IMG/VR virus record: IMGVR_UViG_3300032030_000074
Location: 3,916-67,915 of that record
Strand: one strand, 5' to 3'
DNA from: a virus
Lineage: Duplodnaviria > Caudoviricetes
DNA: 64,000 nucleotides
Shown: piece after piece, positions 38,987-50,000 of the stretch
How the letters are laid out: each line of letters opens with the position of its first letter
Numbering within the stretch: position 1 is the stretch's first letter
The notes under the pieces: model-generated
Told to the model about the DNA's origin: nothing
The model's database searches: none
The model's input: only the letters and a program-made list of their open reading frames with translations
Position numbers and translations under genes: made by a program

Positions 38987-40054
38987 GTGAAAAAGTTTTG
39001 GAATAAGGCGGAGACGTCCAATGACATTTACATTTACGGCGAAATTGTAAGCGAGCGTTGGGACGACGCAGAGGTTACGGCAAAAAGCTTTTTAGAAGAT
39101 TTAAAATCGTGCAACGGCAAGGCGGTCAATCTGCACGTCAACAGTCCGGGCGGCGACGTCTTTCAGGCATTGGCGATTTACAACACACTGAAAAATTACA
39201 AAGGTGACGTGAATGTTACCATTGACGGGTTGGCGGCGTCGGCGGCAACGTTAATCATTTGCGCAGGTGATAACGTAAAAATGGCGTCGAACGCACTTTT
39301 AATGGTACATACGCCTTCGGTAAGGTTGATTGGTTATTATGACGCGGCGGAGCTAGAAAAAGTTACAACGTCACTTAAAGCGGTCGAAGGGTCAATCCTT
39401 GACACTTACAAACAACGCTTGCCGGAAACGTCACACGCTGACATTGCTAAAATGGTAACGGCTGAAAAGTACTTGACGGCAGAGCAAGCAAAAGATTTAG
39501 GATTTGTGGACGAAATAACGGGCGAAGTTGAAATGAAAGTCGACGACGCGAAAAAGTTATTGTTTGTTAATAAAGTCGAGATTGATTGCAAGAATCTCGG
39601 TGACAAATTCAGAACCTTAGTAAATTTGAAAGGGGTAAAAAAAATGGCAGATAAAACCGAAACGCCGAAAGTTGACGTGATAGACGTTAAGGCGGCGAAT
39701 GATTTAATCATAAAAGACGCGATTAAGCAGGAGCGTCAACGCGTAAAAAACTTAATGGCGCTCAAAGGCGACAACGCAATAGTAAACGCGCTGATTGAAG
39801 TTGCAGTCGGCGAGGGCGCGGAAGTATCAGACATTACGCCGTACATTGACGCGGTTAAAAATTTGAAATTACCTGTTACCAGAAATGCGGCAGTGGAGGA
39901 AATTAAAGCTACAATCAAAGAAAATATGACAAGCGGCGCTGAAAACGTCGGCGGCAGTGTTGAACCGGTAATGACGCCGGACGAAAAGCGAATGGCGGAC
40001 GCTAAGTCACTTGCCGAAATGGTTAATGCATTGAGAGGTGTTAAACGTGGGTAG
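38987..40054 (+). CDS. ClpP-like prohead protease with C-terminal scaffold region
   Basis: VNSPGGDVF, IDGLAASAAT, LMVHTP, AKDLGFVD. Confidence 0.9.
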   Translation: MKKFWNKAETSNDIYIYGEIVSERWDDAEVTAKSFLEDLKSCNGKAVNLHVNSPGGDVFQALAIYNTLKNYKGDVNVTIDGLAASAATLIICAGDNVKMASNALLMVHTPSVRLIGYYDAAELEKVTTSLKAVEGSILDTYKQRLPETSHADIAKMVTAEKYLTAEQAKDLGFVDEITGEVEMKVDDAKKLLFVNKVEIDCKNLGDKFRTLVNLKGVKKMADKTETPKVDVIDVKAANDLIIKDAIKQERQRVKNLMALKGDNAIVNALIEVAVGEGAEVSDITPYIDAVKNLKLPVTRNAAVEEIKATIKENMTSGAENVGGSVEPVMTPDEKRMADAKSLAEMVNALRGVKRG

Positions 40055-40448
40055 ATTTTTCGGCACGCGCGACGGCATTAAGCGTGATGAATTAATGGGC
40101 GGCACGGACGGTATACCGGTGTCAATTCGCAACGTCGAAGTGGCTAAAGACGCGGCGATTGAAAGAGGTATGCTTTTAGCGTCGGCAAGCACTTTTGGCG
40201 TTTTTGCACCGGCGGCGGCAAGTGACACGGGCAAAGTTTTGGTTATCGCCGAAAAAGATTTTGCGGCTGATTCAGACCATACCGTTACGCAAGCATACAC
40301 AAGCGGCAAGTTCAATCGCGAAAAAATTAAACTCGGCACAGGATTGAACATTGATAATTTTGAAGAGCCTTTACGCAAGGTGAATATTATTCTTACTTCC
40401 ATTGCGAAAGGCACGATTAACAAAGACGAATGGCAGATTGGCAACTAA
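40047..40448 (+). CDS. head decoration protein (gpD-like)
   Basis: Between protease and capsid; AYTSGKFN. Confidence 0.7.
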   Translation: MGRFFGTRDGIKRDELMGGTDGIPVSIRNVEVAKDAAIERGMLLASASTFGVFAPAAASDTGKVLVIAEKDFAADSDHTVTQAYTSGKFNREKIKLGTGLNIDNFEEPLRKVNIILTSIAKGTINKDEWQIGN

Positions 40449-40463
40449 GAAGGTGATAAAACT

Positions 40464-41519
40464 ATGGCACTTGAAATATATGATATTACAGACACTTTAA
40501 CCCTAATGGCGACTATTGAAATTATGGACAAGCCGTCAAGCTACTTGTCAGACACATTTTTCCCAAATAAATTTCCGATATTTTACACGTCAAAAATCGC
40601 GGTAGAATACAGACGGCAAGACCGAATGATAGCGCCTTATGCAGTTGCAGGTACAAAGGGCTTAAACGTCGGACGCGGTACGTCAAAAATTATGGAATTT
40701 TCGGCGCCGATGTTTGGCGTCCGCAGAGTAATTGGTCAACGCGATGTGGAAATGCGGCAATTCGGCGAAACACCGGTATTTTCGACGATGAAACCGGAAG
40801 AAAGAGCGCGTCAAATGCAAGCGCAAGACCTTTTGGACTTAATGGCAATGCACGCTAACCGCAAAGAAAAAATGGCGGCTGATATCCTGCAACACGGTAA
40901 AACGACAATGAAGGCGTACGCTGATGACGGGCGTGTCGCCGAGACCGAAACAATAGATTTTGGTTTTGTTAATACCGCCACTACAGATTGGACGCAGTCA
41001 ACGGCTAAAATTTATGACGAGGTTCGCGCTGTCAGTGACAGAATCCAATCCCGCGTCGGCGAAATTCCCACGCTTGCAATTTGCGGTAAAAACGTCGAAG
41101 AATATTTGATGAATAACACCGAGATTAGAAATTGGCTCATGGTGCCGAATCGCGAAAATCTGACAATGGCGAGCTTTTCACCGCATTACACGGACGTACA
41201 GGCGCGATATATCGGCAGAATCAGCGCGTTAAATATGGATTTTGTAAGCTACGGCAAGACTTACATTGACGAAGACGAACAGACTAAGCCTTACATTGAG
41301 GACGACACGGTAATAATTTCTGTTGCCGGACGCGGCAGAGTTTTACGCGGGTCAATGGTATTTATGGATGACGGCGGTTGGAAAACGTATTCGGCTGATT
41401 ATGTACCGCGTTATGACATTGACAAAAAAGCTAATCAGATGTCACTTGCGATATTTAGCCGTTACCTGCTTGTGCCTGCACTTCTTGACGATCACTTTGT
41501 GCTTAAGGTTAAGCCGTAA
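40464..41519 (+). CDS. major capsid protein, lambda gpE family
   Basis: 351 aa; YLSDTFFP, IAPYAV, position in head module. Confidence 0.88.
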   Translation: MALEIYDITDTLTLMATIEIMDKPSSYLSDTFFPNKFPIFYTSKIAVEYRRQDRMIAPYAVAGTKGLNVGRGTSKIMEFSAPMFGVRRVIGQRDVEMRQFGETPVFSTMKPEERARQMQAQDLLDLMAMHANRKEKMAADILQHGKTTMKAYADDGRVAETETIDFGFVNTATTDWTQSTAKIYDEVRAVSDRIQSRVGEIPTLAICGKNVEEYLMNNTEIRNWLMVPNRENLTMASFSPHYTDVQARYIGRISALNMDFVSYGKTYIDEDEQTKPYIEDDTVIISVAGRGRVLRGSMVFMDDGGWKTYSADYVPRYDIDKKANQMSLAIFSRYLLVPALLDDHFVLKVKP

Positions 41520-41534
41520 TTGGAGGTTGTAAAA

Positions 41535-41774
41535 TTGAAAGTAGTAGCATTAAAGACGATTTTATACAGCGGCGGCGGACGCGCGAAAATTTATGAAAAA
41601 GGCGACGTTTTTGAGATTGATGATGTGTCATACTACGTTCGCAAGGAGCGCGGCGAAATTGACGACGTCCACGAGCTGACAGAAAATGAAATCATTAACG
41701 TAGATGAGGGCTTGCCGCCGCTTGACGTAGACGAAAAGACGGCACGCAAAAAGAAAAATGTTACCGACATTTAA
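41535..41774 (+). CDS. hypothetical head-completion protein
   Basis: Position after capsid. Confidence 0.5.
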   Translation: MKVVALKTILYSGGGRAKIYEKGDVFEIDDVSYYVRKERGEIDDVHELTENEIINVDEGLPPLDVDEKTARKKKNVTDI

Positions 41775-42150
41775 AGATTATCAGCGGCAGGATAATCAAG
41801 ACGTTTTTATCAATCTCAAAGAATTTGGCGAATATGCGACGATTGACGGCGTGAATTTGCAAGTGCAGGTGCAATATCGGACTGAAAGATATTCGGCGTT
41901 GCAGTCACAAGATTATGAGACTTTGCACGGCGATTTTGTCAAGATATTTTTTCGGACGGCTGATTATTGCGGCAAAAATGAAAGGTTACCTTATCAAGGC
42001 GAATATTGTCACATTAACGGCAAGCGTTACAAAGTGCAGACGTGCAAGGACGAAATGGGCATTACGCGGCTTGTAGTGTCGAGTTATCGGCAGGAACAAT
42101 TACGGCAGACGCCTTTCCAACGTTTTGAAATAGGTGGGCTTGATGATTGA
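41758..42150 (+). CDS. putative head closure/neck protein
   Basis: TFKDYQRQDNQDVFINLKEF..IDG; INGKRYKV..DEMGI. Confidence 0.6.
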   Translation: MLPTFKDYQRQDNQDVFINLKEFGEYATIDGVNLQVQVQYRTERYSALQSQDYETLHGDFVKIFFRTADYCGKNERLPYQGEYCHINGKRYKVQTCKDEMGITRLVVSSYRQEQLRQTPFQRFEIGGLDD

Positions 42151-42691
42151 AATCAGAATTGAACCGCCGCCCGACCTTCAGGCTAAACTTCAGCGTATTG
42201 CTATGATACCGGGCGCACTTGAAAAGGCGGCGAAAAATGCGGTCAAGCGAACATTGCGCGGCGGCAAACAGGATGCGTCACGTAAAATTGCTCAACGCTA
42301 TACAATTCGCGCTGGCGTCGTGGTACGCACGATAAAAATCAAGCAAGGCGGCTTAAACGGCGAAATGTCGTCACGCGGCGGAATAAATCCATTGAAATTA
42401 TTCCGAATCAAACCAAAAAGCCGCCCGCGCAAAATGCCTGCAGGCGGCGTATTCGTGCAAAACGTCAAGGGACAAGGCGGCTATATTCGACGCGGCTTTT
42501 TGACGCACAAAGGAAACGTCGTGGAGCGTGCAGGCATAAGTCGATATCCATTGCGCGGTTTAGGCGGTCCCTCGTCACCCGGTATGCTTGGCAATCCGAA
42601 TGTGGGTCCGTACATTGAAGATAAAATGTTTCAGCGTCTGCAGATTAATCTTGACCACGCGGCAAACGCGATTATCGGAGGCTTTTTTTGA
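42143..42691 (+). CDS. gpZ-like tail completion protein
   Basis: Basic; RYTIRAG..; RYPLRGLGGPSSPGM. Confidence 0.7.
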   Translation: MIEIRIEPPPDLQAKLQRIAMIPGALEKAAKNAVKRTLRGGKQDASRKIAQRYTIRAGVVVRTIKIKQGGLNGEMSSRGGINPLKLFRIKPKSRPRKMPAGGVFVQNVKGQGGYIRRGFLTHKGNVVERAGISRYPLRGLGGPSSPGMLGNPNVGPYIEDKMFQRLQINLDHAANAIIGGFF

Positions 42692-43322
42692 TTGAAAGTT
42701 TTTTGACAGGTCTGAAAAGACGTTCGCCGGTGTCACCATTTTTGATTCTTGCAAATAACGTAGCTCGATAAATTCCACTTTTTTCGGCGGCTTCAGCAAG
42801 TGTCATTGATTCACCTTTATATTCGACGATATGATTGCTACGTTGATTACGGGTTTGAGTTTTGCGGTCTGCCCAGCGCAAATTGTTAGGTTCATAGTTG
42901 CCATTATTGTCTATGCGGTCAAGCGTGTATCCTTCTTCTCCATAATGTTCAAGTTGGCTGACATAATCGTAAAACGCTTGAAAATTGTTAATCCAAGCAG
43001 GATAAACAGAAATGCCGCGTCCACCGTAATGTTTGTAAGCTCTATTGCCTTTTTCCAAACACCGCGCTAGCATATTTTGCCATGTACGGTAAATCTTAGT
43101 GCCACACATCCCGTGTTTGGTACTATATTTGATAATTCTTTCGCGTTTTTGGCAACCGCACGATGTAGTAAGATTGTGATTCAAAGCGCTAGCATCAACA
43201 ATAACGTCGTTACCACAATCACAACGGCACTTCCAACAAGCGCGTTTACCTTTGTTTTCGACGCGTTCAATGACGGTTAAGCGACCGAACTTCATACCCG
43301 TTAAATCTTTCAAATTCGACAT
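42672..43322 (-). CDS. HNH endonuclease A, antisense insertion
   Basis: DLTGMKFGRLTV...WKCRCDCG...TTSCGC...YGGRGI...TLDRIDNNGNYEPNNLRWA. Confidence 0.88.
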   Translation of the reverse strand: MSNLKDLTGMKFGRLTVIERVENKGKRACWKCRCDCGNDVIVDASALNHNLTTSCGCQKRERIIKYSTKHGMCGTKIYRTWQNMLARCLEKGNRAYKHYGGRGISVYPAWINNFQAFYDYVSQLEHYGEEGYTLDRIDNNGNYEPNNLRWADRKTQTRNQRSNHIVEYKGESMTLAEAAEKSGIYRATLFARIKNGDTGERLFRPVKKLSIKKSLR

Positions 43323-43337
43323 TTTATCACTCCTTTA

Positions 43338-43471
43338 TTGACTACAACCGCAAGGCGTGATAGAATTTAAAATACAAAATGCCCTGCAGTATTGCTTATT
43401 TAGTTCACGGCAATTATAGCAGAGGCGTTTTTGCTTTTCAAGAATATATTTCGCCGAAAGGCGATTTTTTT
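43338..43471. promoter_or_regulatory. convergent-promoter cassette A
   Basis: Plus TTGACT(43338)-17-TGnTAGAAT(43361); minus TTGAAA(43441)-17-TGCTATAAT(43418-13); terminator TCGCC-GAAA-GGCGA-T7. Confidence 0.8.
43372..43471 (+). ncRNA. predicted ~100 nt antisense sRNA A
   Basis: Promoter, long stem CAAAAUGCCCUGC/GCAGAGGCGUUUUUG with inner AUUGC/GCAAU, terminator; homologous to 53511-53610. Confidence 0.6.
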
Positions 43472-43490
43472 AGTTAGGAGATTTTTATAA

Positions 43491-44054
43491 ATGACGGCGG
43501 CAGATTTAGTATCGACATTGGCGAGCGAATTGCGTCAAGCTACAGAGCATTTTATTTTTCAAGCTGAATACCAAAAAGACAAAAAAGTCAGCGTTTATGA
43601 AGGCTATGTCCCCAGCGGCAATTTTACCAACGAAACATTTTTGCCAATGATAACGGTAGAATTTCGCGGCTTAGATGATATAGATGACGGCGCGACGTTG
43701 ACGGCAGGGCTTATGTTGGCAGTATACGGCGGCGAAAATGCGAAATATGACGGCGGACGCGAAAGAAAAGGCGAATTTTTCAAAGACTACGGCGACGGTT
43801 GGCGCGATTTAATAAATTTGGCGGAAACGGTACGACAATATTTGTGGACACGTCCCGACAGATATTTAGCCGACAAATATAAGCTTGTGAACTTGGTATT
43901 TGTCCCGCAACCCGACCAGCCCGAGCCTTTTTTCTACGGAGATATGGTATTGACGTTTTACACGGCGCAACCGTACACGCCGATAAATTATCCCGCCGAG
44001 TTCGAGGAATCGCGCGTACCAGTTCAACCTAGATTTAGGAGATTAAAAAGATGA
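43491..44054 (+). CDS. putative tail terminator protein
   Basis: Position before sheath; PEPFFYGDMVLTF. Confidence 0.6.
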   Translation: MTAADLVSTLASELRQATEHFIFQAEYQKDKKVSVYEGYVPSGNFTNETFLPMITVEFRGLDDIDDGATLTAGLMLAVYGGENAKYDGGRERKGEFFKDYGDGWRDLINLAETVRQYLWTRPDRYLADKYKLVNLVFVPQPDQPEPFFYGDMVLTFYTAQPYTPINYPAEFEESRVPVQPRFRRLKR

Positions 44055-44293
44055 ATACAATTTACATTGGACCCAGCAATCATAAACTGGGCTTAATTCA
44101 GTTCACGATTTACACTGAAAGACCGACGGCTTTAATAGACGGTTACAGAGCGGCAATTCCTATGATTGACCGCCTTTTTGTTTCAGTGGAGGAATTTTCA
44201 GAAGTTGAAAAAGACTTGGAAAAGCCCGAAACGCTGATTTTTGCGGCGTGCAAGCAAGTCTTACAAGCAGGTAAAGAAGAGGTGAAAAAATAA
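44051..44293 (+). CDS. hypothetical protein
   Basis: MNTIYIGPS..; small gene before sheath. Confidence 0.6.
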   Translation: MNTIYIGPSNHKLGLIQFTIYTERPTALIDGYRAAIPMIDRLFVSVEEFSEVEKDLEKPETLIFAACKQVLQAGKEEVKK

Positions 44294-46009
44294 ATGGCTT
44301 ATAAACACGGCATATACTCAACCGAAGTACCGACATCAATCACGCCGCCCGTTACGATTGACGGCAACAGCGGTTTAGTAGTTGCATTCGGTACGGCTCC
44401 GATACATTTGGCGGCGGAACCGGCTAAACCTAACACGCCGATTTTGGCGCATTACTACAGCGAGGCAGTTAAGCAACTCGGCTACAGTGACGACTTCGAT
44501 AGTTACACTTTGTGCGAGGTTATGAAAAGTCAATTCGTGCTTTTCGGCGTGGCACCCGTTGTATTTGTAAACGTGCTTGACCCTACGAAACATTACACCG
44601 AAAATACATTTACGGCAGAGGGCATAGGCGCGACACCTGCGAATATCGGCAAGGACGCACTGATTGACACATTGGTAGTTACAAGCGGCGTCGACAAGGA
44701 GCCGGACGAACTGGTTAAAGATACAGACTACAGCATTACGACTACCAGCGAAGGTGAAGGCAGTGACACTGTCACGACTACGACGCTTAATATTTTGGCG
44801 CTTGATAACATTACGGACAATGCGATTGTGCTTGAATATCAGACGTCACGCGACACTGAAAATTTTGAACACGTCACGGCAGAGGTTGACGTCGGTACGT
44901 CAATCACTCTTGATTCCGATACAATTTTGTCAACGGTCAAGGTATTAAGCGGCGGTTCTGAAATGCGCACTTTGCAAGCGGACATTGACTTTAACGCGGC
45001 ACGCGACACGGACGGCGCCGTTGTTGTTACGCTGATTGACGATGCAAAGGTAGTTGACGATACAATTTCACTTAGCTACCACGAAGTGGACACGTCCAAA
45101 GTTACGGCAATGGATATTGTCGGCGGCGTTGACACAATGACGGGCGATATTACGGGGCTTGAATTAGTCGGCAGTATTTACCCGAGATTAGCGGTTTTGC
45201 CAGGCATAATCATTGCACCGAAATATTCAACCAATACGGCAGTTGCGGCGATTATGAAGGCAAAGGCTAAGTCAATCGACGACGTTTTCAAGGCGACGGC
45301 GATTGTTGACATTGACACGGAAGACGCGCGACTTTACACGGAGGCGGCAGAGCGAAAGGCGATTAATAATCTCGTCGATCCGTTTTTGTTTGTTTGCTAT
45401 CCTAAATTGTCACTTGACGGCGAGCAATATCACCTTTCAACGCAAATGGCGGCGCTGATGAATCAAGTTGACGCCGATAATAACGGCATACCTTATGTGG
45501 CACCTTCTAATCACAATTTGCAATGTGATTCTACGGTTAGAAAAGACGGTTCAGAGGTTTATTTCGGTCTGCAACAGTCAAATTACCTTAACGGCAACGG
45601 TATTTTAACGGCAATGAATTTTGCAAGCGGTTGGAGACTTTGGGGCAGTAGGACTTCCGCGTACCCTACGAACGCAGATGTTAAAGATAATTTCATACCA
45701 ATACGCCGAATGTTTAACTATATCAGCAATTCACTGATCCTTAACTTTTGGAGCCAAATTGATAACCCAACGAATAAGCGTTTGATTGAATCAATCGTGA
45801 CGTCGGCAAATATTTGGCTTGACAGCTTGACTTCGGCGGGTGCTTTACTCGGCGCACGTGTAGTATTTTTGCCGGAAGATAACGCGACGACAGATTTAAT
45901 GGACGGCATTTTAAAATTTCACATTTATATGACGCCGCCGCCCCCTGCACGTGAAATTGATTGGATACAAGAATACGATCCGAATTATTTGGCGACGTTA
46001 TTTGCATAA
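44294..46009 (+). CDS. tail sheath protein
   Basis: MAYKHGI..EVPTS, FGTAPIH, YLNGNGI, RLWGSRT, RRMFNYI, TPPPPA. Confidence 0.93.
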   Translation: MAYKHGIYSTEVPTSITPPVTIDGNSGLVVAFGTAPIHLAAEPAKPNTPILAHYYSEAVKQLGYSDDFDSYTLCEVMKSQFVLFGVAPVVFVNVLDPTKHYTENTFTAEGIGATPANIGKDALIDTLVVTSGVDKEPDELVKDTDYSITTTSEGEGSDTVTTTTLNILALDNITDNAIVLEYQTSRDTENFEHVTAEVDVGTSITLDSDTILSTVKVLSGGSEMRTLQADIDFNAARDTDGAVVVTLIDDAKVVDDTISLSYHEVDTSKVTAMDIVGGVDTMTGDITGLELVGSIYPRLAVLPGIIIAPKYSTNTAVAAIMKAKAKSIDDVFKATAIVDIDTEDARLYTEAAERKAINNLVDPFLFVCYPKLSLDGEQYHLSTQMAALMNQVDADNNGIPYVAPSNHNLQCDSTVRKDGSEVYFGLQQSNYLNGNGILTAMNFASGWRLWGSRTSAYPTNADVKDNFIPIRRMFNYISNSLILNFWSQIDNPTNKRLIESIVTSANIWLDSLTSAGALLGARVVFLPEDNATTDLMDGILKFHIYMTPPPPAREIDWIQEYDPNYLATLFA

Positions 46010-46032
46010 AATTTGCAAAAGAGGTGATTTAA

Positions 46033-46566
46033 ATGGCTGATTTGTCAGTTTTGCGCGGTATGACCGACAACTACGAATGTTATTATCGCGGCAACAGATT
46101 TTTAGGAATGACGACGGTTGAATTGCCGGACTTTAGCTTTTTGACAGCTGAAGTAAGCGGACCCGGCATAATGGGTAATTTAGAAATTCCTGCAATAGCT
46201 CATACCGAATCATTAGAATTAACGCTTAATTGGCGCACGATACATGAAGAAATGTTATTTGCGTTGCACCCGCACGCTCACGACTTAACGCTTAGAAGTT
46301 CCCAGCACAATTACGATCACGGCAACGGCAGGACGCTTAGTCAACCCGTACGCATTGATTTTCGCGGCTTGACGAAGAACGGTGGAATGGGCAAGCTTGA
46401 AAAGGCGACAGAAACCGAATCTAAAACTGTATTTGAACTGATAACACTTCAAATTTATGTAGACAATCAGAAACAGTTAGACTATGACAAACTGAATTAC
46501 AAATTTGAAGTTTACGGGGTAGATTATCTGCGTGATTATCGTCAATCAGTAGGACTTGACTTTTAG
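46033..46566 (+). CDS. tail tube protein, P2 FII-like
   Basis: VELPDF..EVSGPGIMG..; DKLNYKFEVYGVDYL. Confidence 0.88.
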   Translation: MADLSVLRGMTDNYECYYRGNRFLGMTTVELPDFSFLTAEVSGPGIMGNLEIPAIAHTESLELTLNWRTIHEEMLFALHPHAHDLTLRSSQHNYDHGNGRTLSQPVRIDFRGLTKNGGMGKLEKATETESKTVFELITLQIYVDNQKQLDYDKLNYKFEVYGVDYLRDYRQSVGLDF

Positions 46567-46577
46567 GAGTGATTTTA

Positions 46578-46913
46578 ATGGCGATTGAAAATATTAACCT
46601 TCCGAAATTAATTGACACGCTGAAAGAGAAATTGGACGACTTGACTGGGTTTGATTTTGAGGAAGTCGAAAGACAAGAGCGTTTAGCCGGAAACGCGGCG
46701 CCGAATGTATCTTTCACACCGTCATTTCGTACGAGGTTAGCGGCGAAGGCGTTGGGCGTAAATCCGCACGATATCAAGGAATTAAAGCTTAAGCAGTATA
46801 CAAAAGTAGATTTAGAGGTAATGACTTTTTTATTTGGCGATTCGGCGAAGGACGAGACGTCGTCAAATACTTACGAAGCACAGCTGCCGACCTTAAAGAG
46901 TGGGGAAGCATAG
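46578..46913 (+). CDS. tail assembly chaperone (gpE-like); -1 frameshift product would extend to 47023
   Basis: Position; slippery T TTT TTA at 46826-32 opens a 66-codon -1 frame ending TGA 47021-23. Confidence 0.8.
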   Translation: MAIENINLPKLIDTLKEKLDDLTGFDFEEVERQERLAGNAAPNVSFTPSFRTRLAAKALGVNPHDIKELKLKQYTKVDLEVMTFLFGDSAKDETSSNTYEAQLPTLKSGEA

Positions 46914-47030
46914 AATTTTGGATGAAACGTCCACTGTACGAGCTTGACAACTGGATAAAAATCATCAATGAAAAAGTCAGAAAACGCAACGCCGAAATGA
47001 AGGCGGCTAGTAAGAGGAGGTGAATTGTCA

Positions 47031-50000
47031 ATGGCGCGAACTTATGAAGTAGCTTTTAGAATCAGCGGCGCTTTAAACGGACAATTCGCCGCCGCAATGC
47101 AAGCCGCCCAAAACGCAATGCGCGGGTTAAGTACAGCGGCCCAGCAAGTCAACGCGGCAATGGCAGGGAGCGCCGGAACGTTATCACGCTATTTGAACAG
47201 TTTAAATCAAATGGCGGCGCAATCTAAAAAGTTTGCCGATTTAAAAGCCGCTATACCGCAGACACAATCTGCCTTGACTGCAGAGTTAGCCAAAATGGGG
47301 CAGTTGGCGACGGCGTACCGTCAGCAAAAAGCGCAGGTAGACGCAATGCGCGCGGCGTACCAACAATTAAAAGCTAAACAAGCGGATTTAAAAAAATCAT
47401 ATACCGATGAGCAAAATAAACTTAGAGGATTACAGGCATTAAAACAACAATATAAGCGTGAATTGGCTGAAAATGAAGCTAGACCACATAACCTTGAACA
47501 GATACAAAAAGCGGTACGGCTTGAAAGTCAGATAAAATCAACAACAGCCGCGATTGAGCAACAACGCCAAAAAATTCGCGAGGCAAAGTCGGTATACGAT
47601 ACTTTAACATCGGCAATGAAAGGTTCGTCCGCTGAATTACGCGCGGCAGAATCAGCGCTTAAACAATTAGGCAGTAATTTTGATTCGTCAAAGGCAAAAG
47701 TCACAGAGCTTATGAATACCCTGCGACGGCAAAAATCGGAACTTGCCGGTTTAAAATCGTCACTAAGTGCGGCGGGATTTTCAACAGACCATTTTATATC
47801 GTCTGAAATGCGGCTAAGGTCGGAAATCGCGGCAACTACAGCGGCGATTGAAAGGCAACGTCAAGCGGCGGCGTCATTGTCAGCGGCGCAGAATAATTTA
47901 AATGCGGCGTCAAGCAATTTCAGCGAGGCGCAATCTGCTTTTAATTCCGTACAGCAAGCGGTTGATGTTGTTGCCGCGCCGATACAAAAGTCCGTAGAAA
48001 CGGCAATGACTTTTGAACACGCGATGAGTCGAGTAAAAGCCTTGACGCAATCGCAAAATATACGCGAAGGCAAGACCGATGTCGTAGAAAAAGAATTTGC
48101 GGCGCTTGAAAAGCAAGCACTTGATTTAGGTGCTACGACAAAATTCACGGCAATTCAAGCGGCAGAGGCAATGAGCTTTCTTGGTCTTGCGGGTTGGAAA
48201 ACTAATCAGATACTAGGCACAATGCCGGGTATGCTTGATTTAGCGGCGGCGGCAGGCGCGGACTTAGCGCAAACTGCAGACATTGTGTCAGATAATATGA
48301 CGGCAATGGGCGTACCGGTCAAAGACGCGCCACATTTTATGGACGTCTACGCATATGCCTTGACTAATTCCAATGCGCGATTGACGGACTTCGGTGAAAC
48401 AATGAAGTACGCGGCGCCGGTAGCAAAGGCGTTTGGTTCAAGCCTAGACGAAACGGCGGCAATGGTAATGATGATGGCTAATGCCGGAATCAAAGGCTCT
48501 ATGGCAGGTACGTCACTTAGAATGGGCTTACTTCGATTAGCGGGACCACCTAAAACCGCGACGAAGGAAATGGAAAAATTAGGCTTGTCATTATCGGACG
48601 CACAAGCAGGCGCACTAGAGGCACAAGCGGTAATTGAGGGTTTAGGCATTGACTTAAAAGGTGCAACGTCACCGGCGGAAAAAATGACGCGGGTAATAAT
48701 GCAGTTGCACGAAAAAACCAAAAATCTTTCGCAGGACGAAAAATTAGCGGCGTTTAAAGGTATTTTCGGCGTCAACGCGGAGACAGGTTGGTTAGCGCTA
48801 TTCGATCAGGGACCCGATGTCTTTTTAAAATATGTCGAAGGGCTAAGAAATGCGGACGGTTATGCACGTCAAGTAGCGACGACGATGATGGACGACACGC
48901 AAGGCGCGATAACAATTCTTAAATCAGCAATGGAAAGCGCCTATTTAGCGGTCGGCAAAGCCTTGAATCCTGCAATACGCGCGGCGGCAGAGGCAGTAAC
49001 ACCGTTAATCAGCGCATTTACACAGTGGGCTAATGCTAACCCGCGTGTTGTACAAGGCATAGTCGGCATAATCGCGGCATTATCGGCATTGGCACTTGCA
49101 GTTACAGGCGTAGCAGTGGCGTTCGCGGCGTGGAGCTTTATCACGGCGCAATTTGCAATGTTTCAAGCGGGATTGGCGGCAGTTCGCGCGGGAATGATAG
49201 CTACAGAGGTTGCAAGTTTAGGAATGGCAGGGCGAATTGGCGCGGCGTTTGCAACGATACAAGCGACATTGGCGGGACTAACTTTTAGCGGCATTGCGGC
49301 TAGTGTATCGGCGGCATTTACAAAAATCGGTGCGGCGATAATGACGGCGGCGCGAGCGTCTTTGGCGTTTATAGCTACACCACTTGGTTTGTTTTTGACG
49401 GCATTGGCGGCGGCGGCTTACGTTATATATGAAAATTGGGACAGGATAGCACCTGCAATAAGTCAAGTGGGCGCGGCAATATCGTCTGCATTGGACGCGG
49501 CAAGTCAAGCAGTCAGCGGCTTAATGACGGCGCTGGGTCCAATCGGTGACGCAATATCACAGGCGTTTGGCGACATTTTGGGTATATGGGAAATCGAAGG
49601 CTTTACGGACGGCATCGTTGCGGCGTTTTTAGGTATTGTGAATATTGTTGCCGGTGTCGGAGTGTCAATAATCAATATCTTCACGGCGACTGTCCAAACT
49701 GTTACGGCATTAATTGAAGGTTTAAAAGATACATTTAGCGGTTTGGGCGAATTTATAAGCGCCGTGTTGACTTTTGATTTTGACAAAATGGGCGACAGCG
49801 CTATTTTATTGCAAAGTAAGATTGATAAAGCTTGGAGAGGTATAGACTTTGAAAAGGCGGACTTTGGCTATGATATAAGCGGAAATTTCCGTCAGCAATA
49901 TGCGGCGTACAAAAGAGCGCCCATAACACAACCATTTCAATCGGCGGCAGAAAATCAAGGTGCATTGTCAAATGCGGCGGCACTTTTTCAACCTGCACAA

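Noticed and set aside
40921-40951. CTGATGA...GAAAC hammerhead-like core
   Set aside because: It is inside the capsid CDS, stem II cannot close (C opposite C), and no flanking stems were found.
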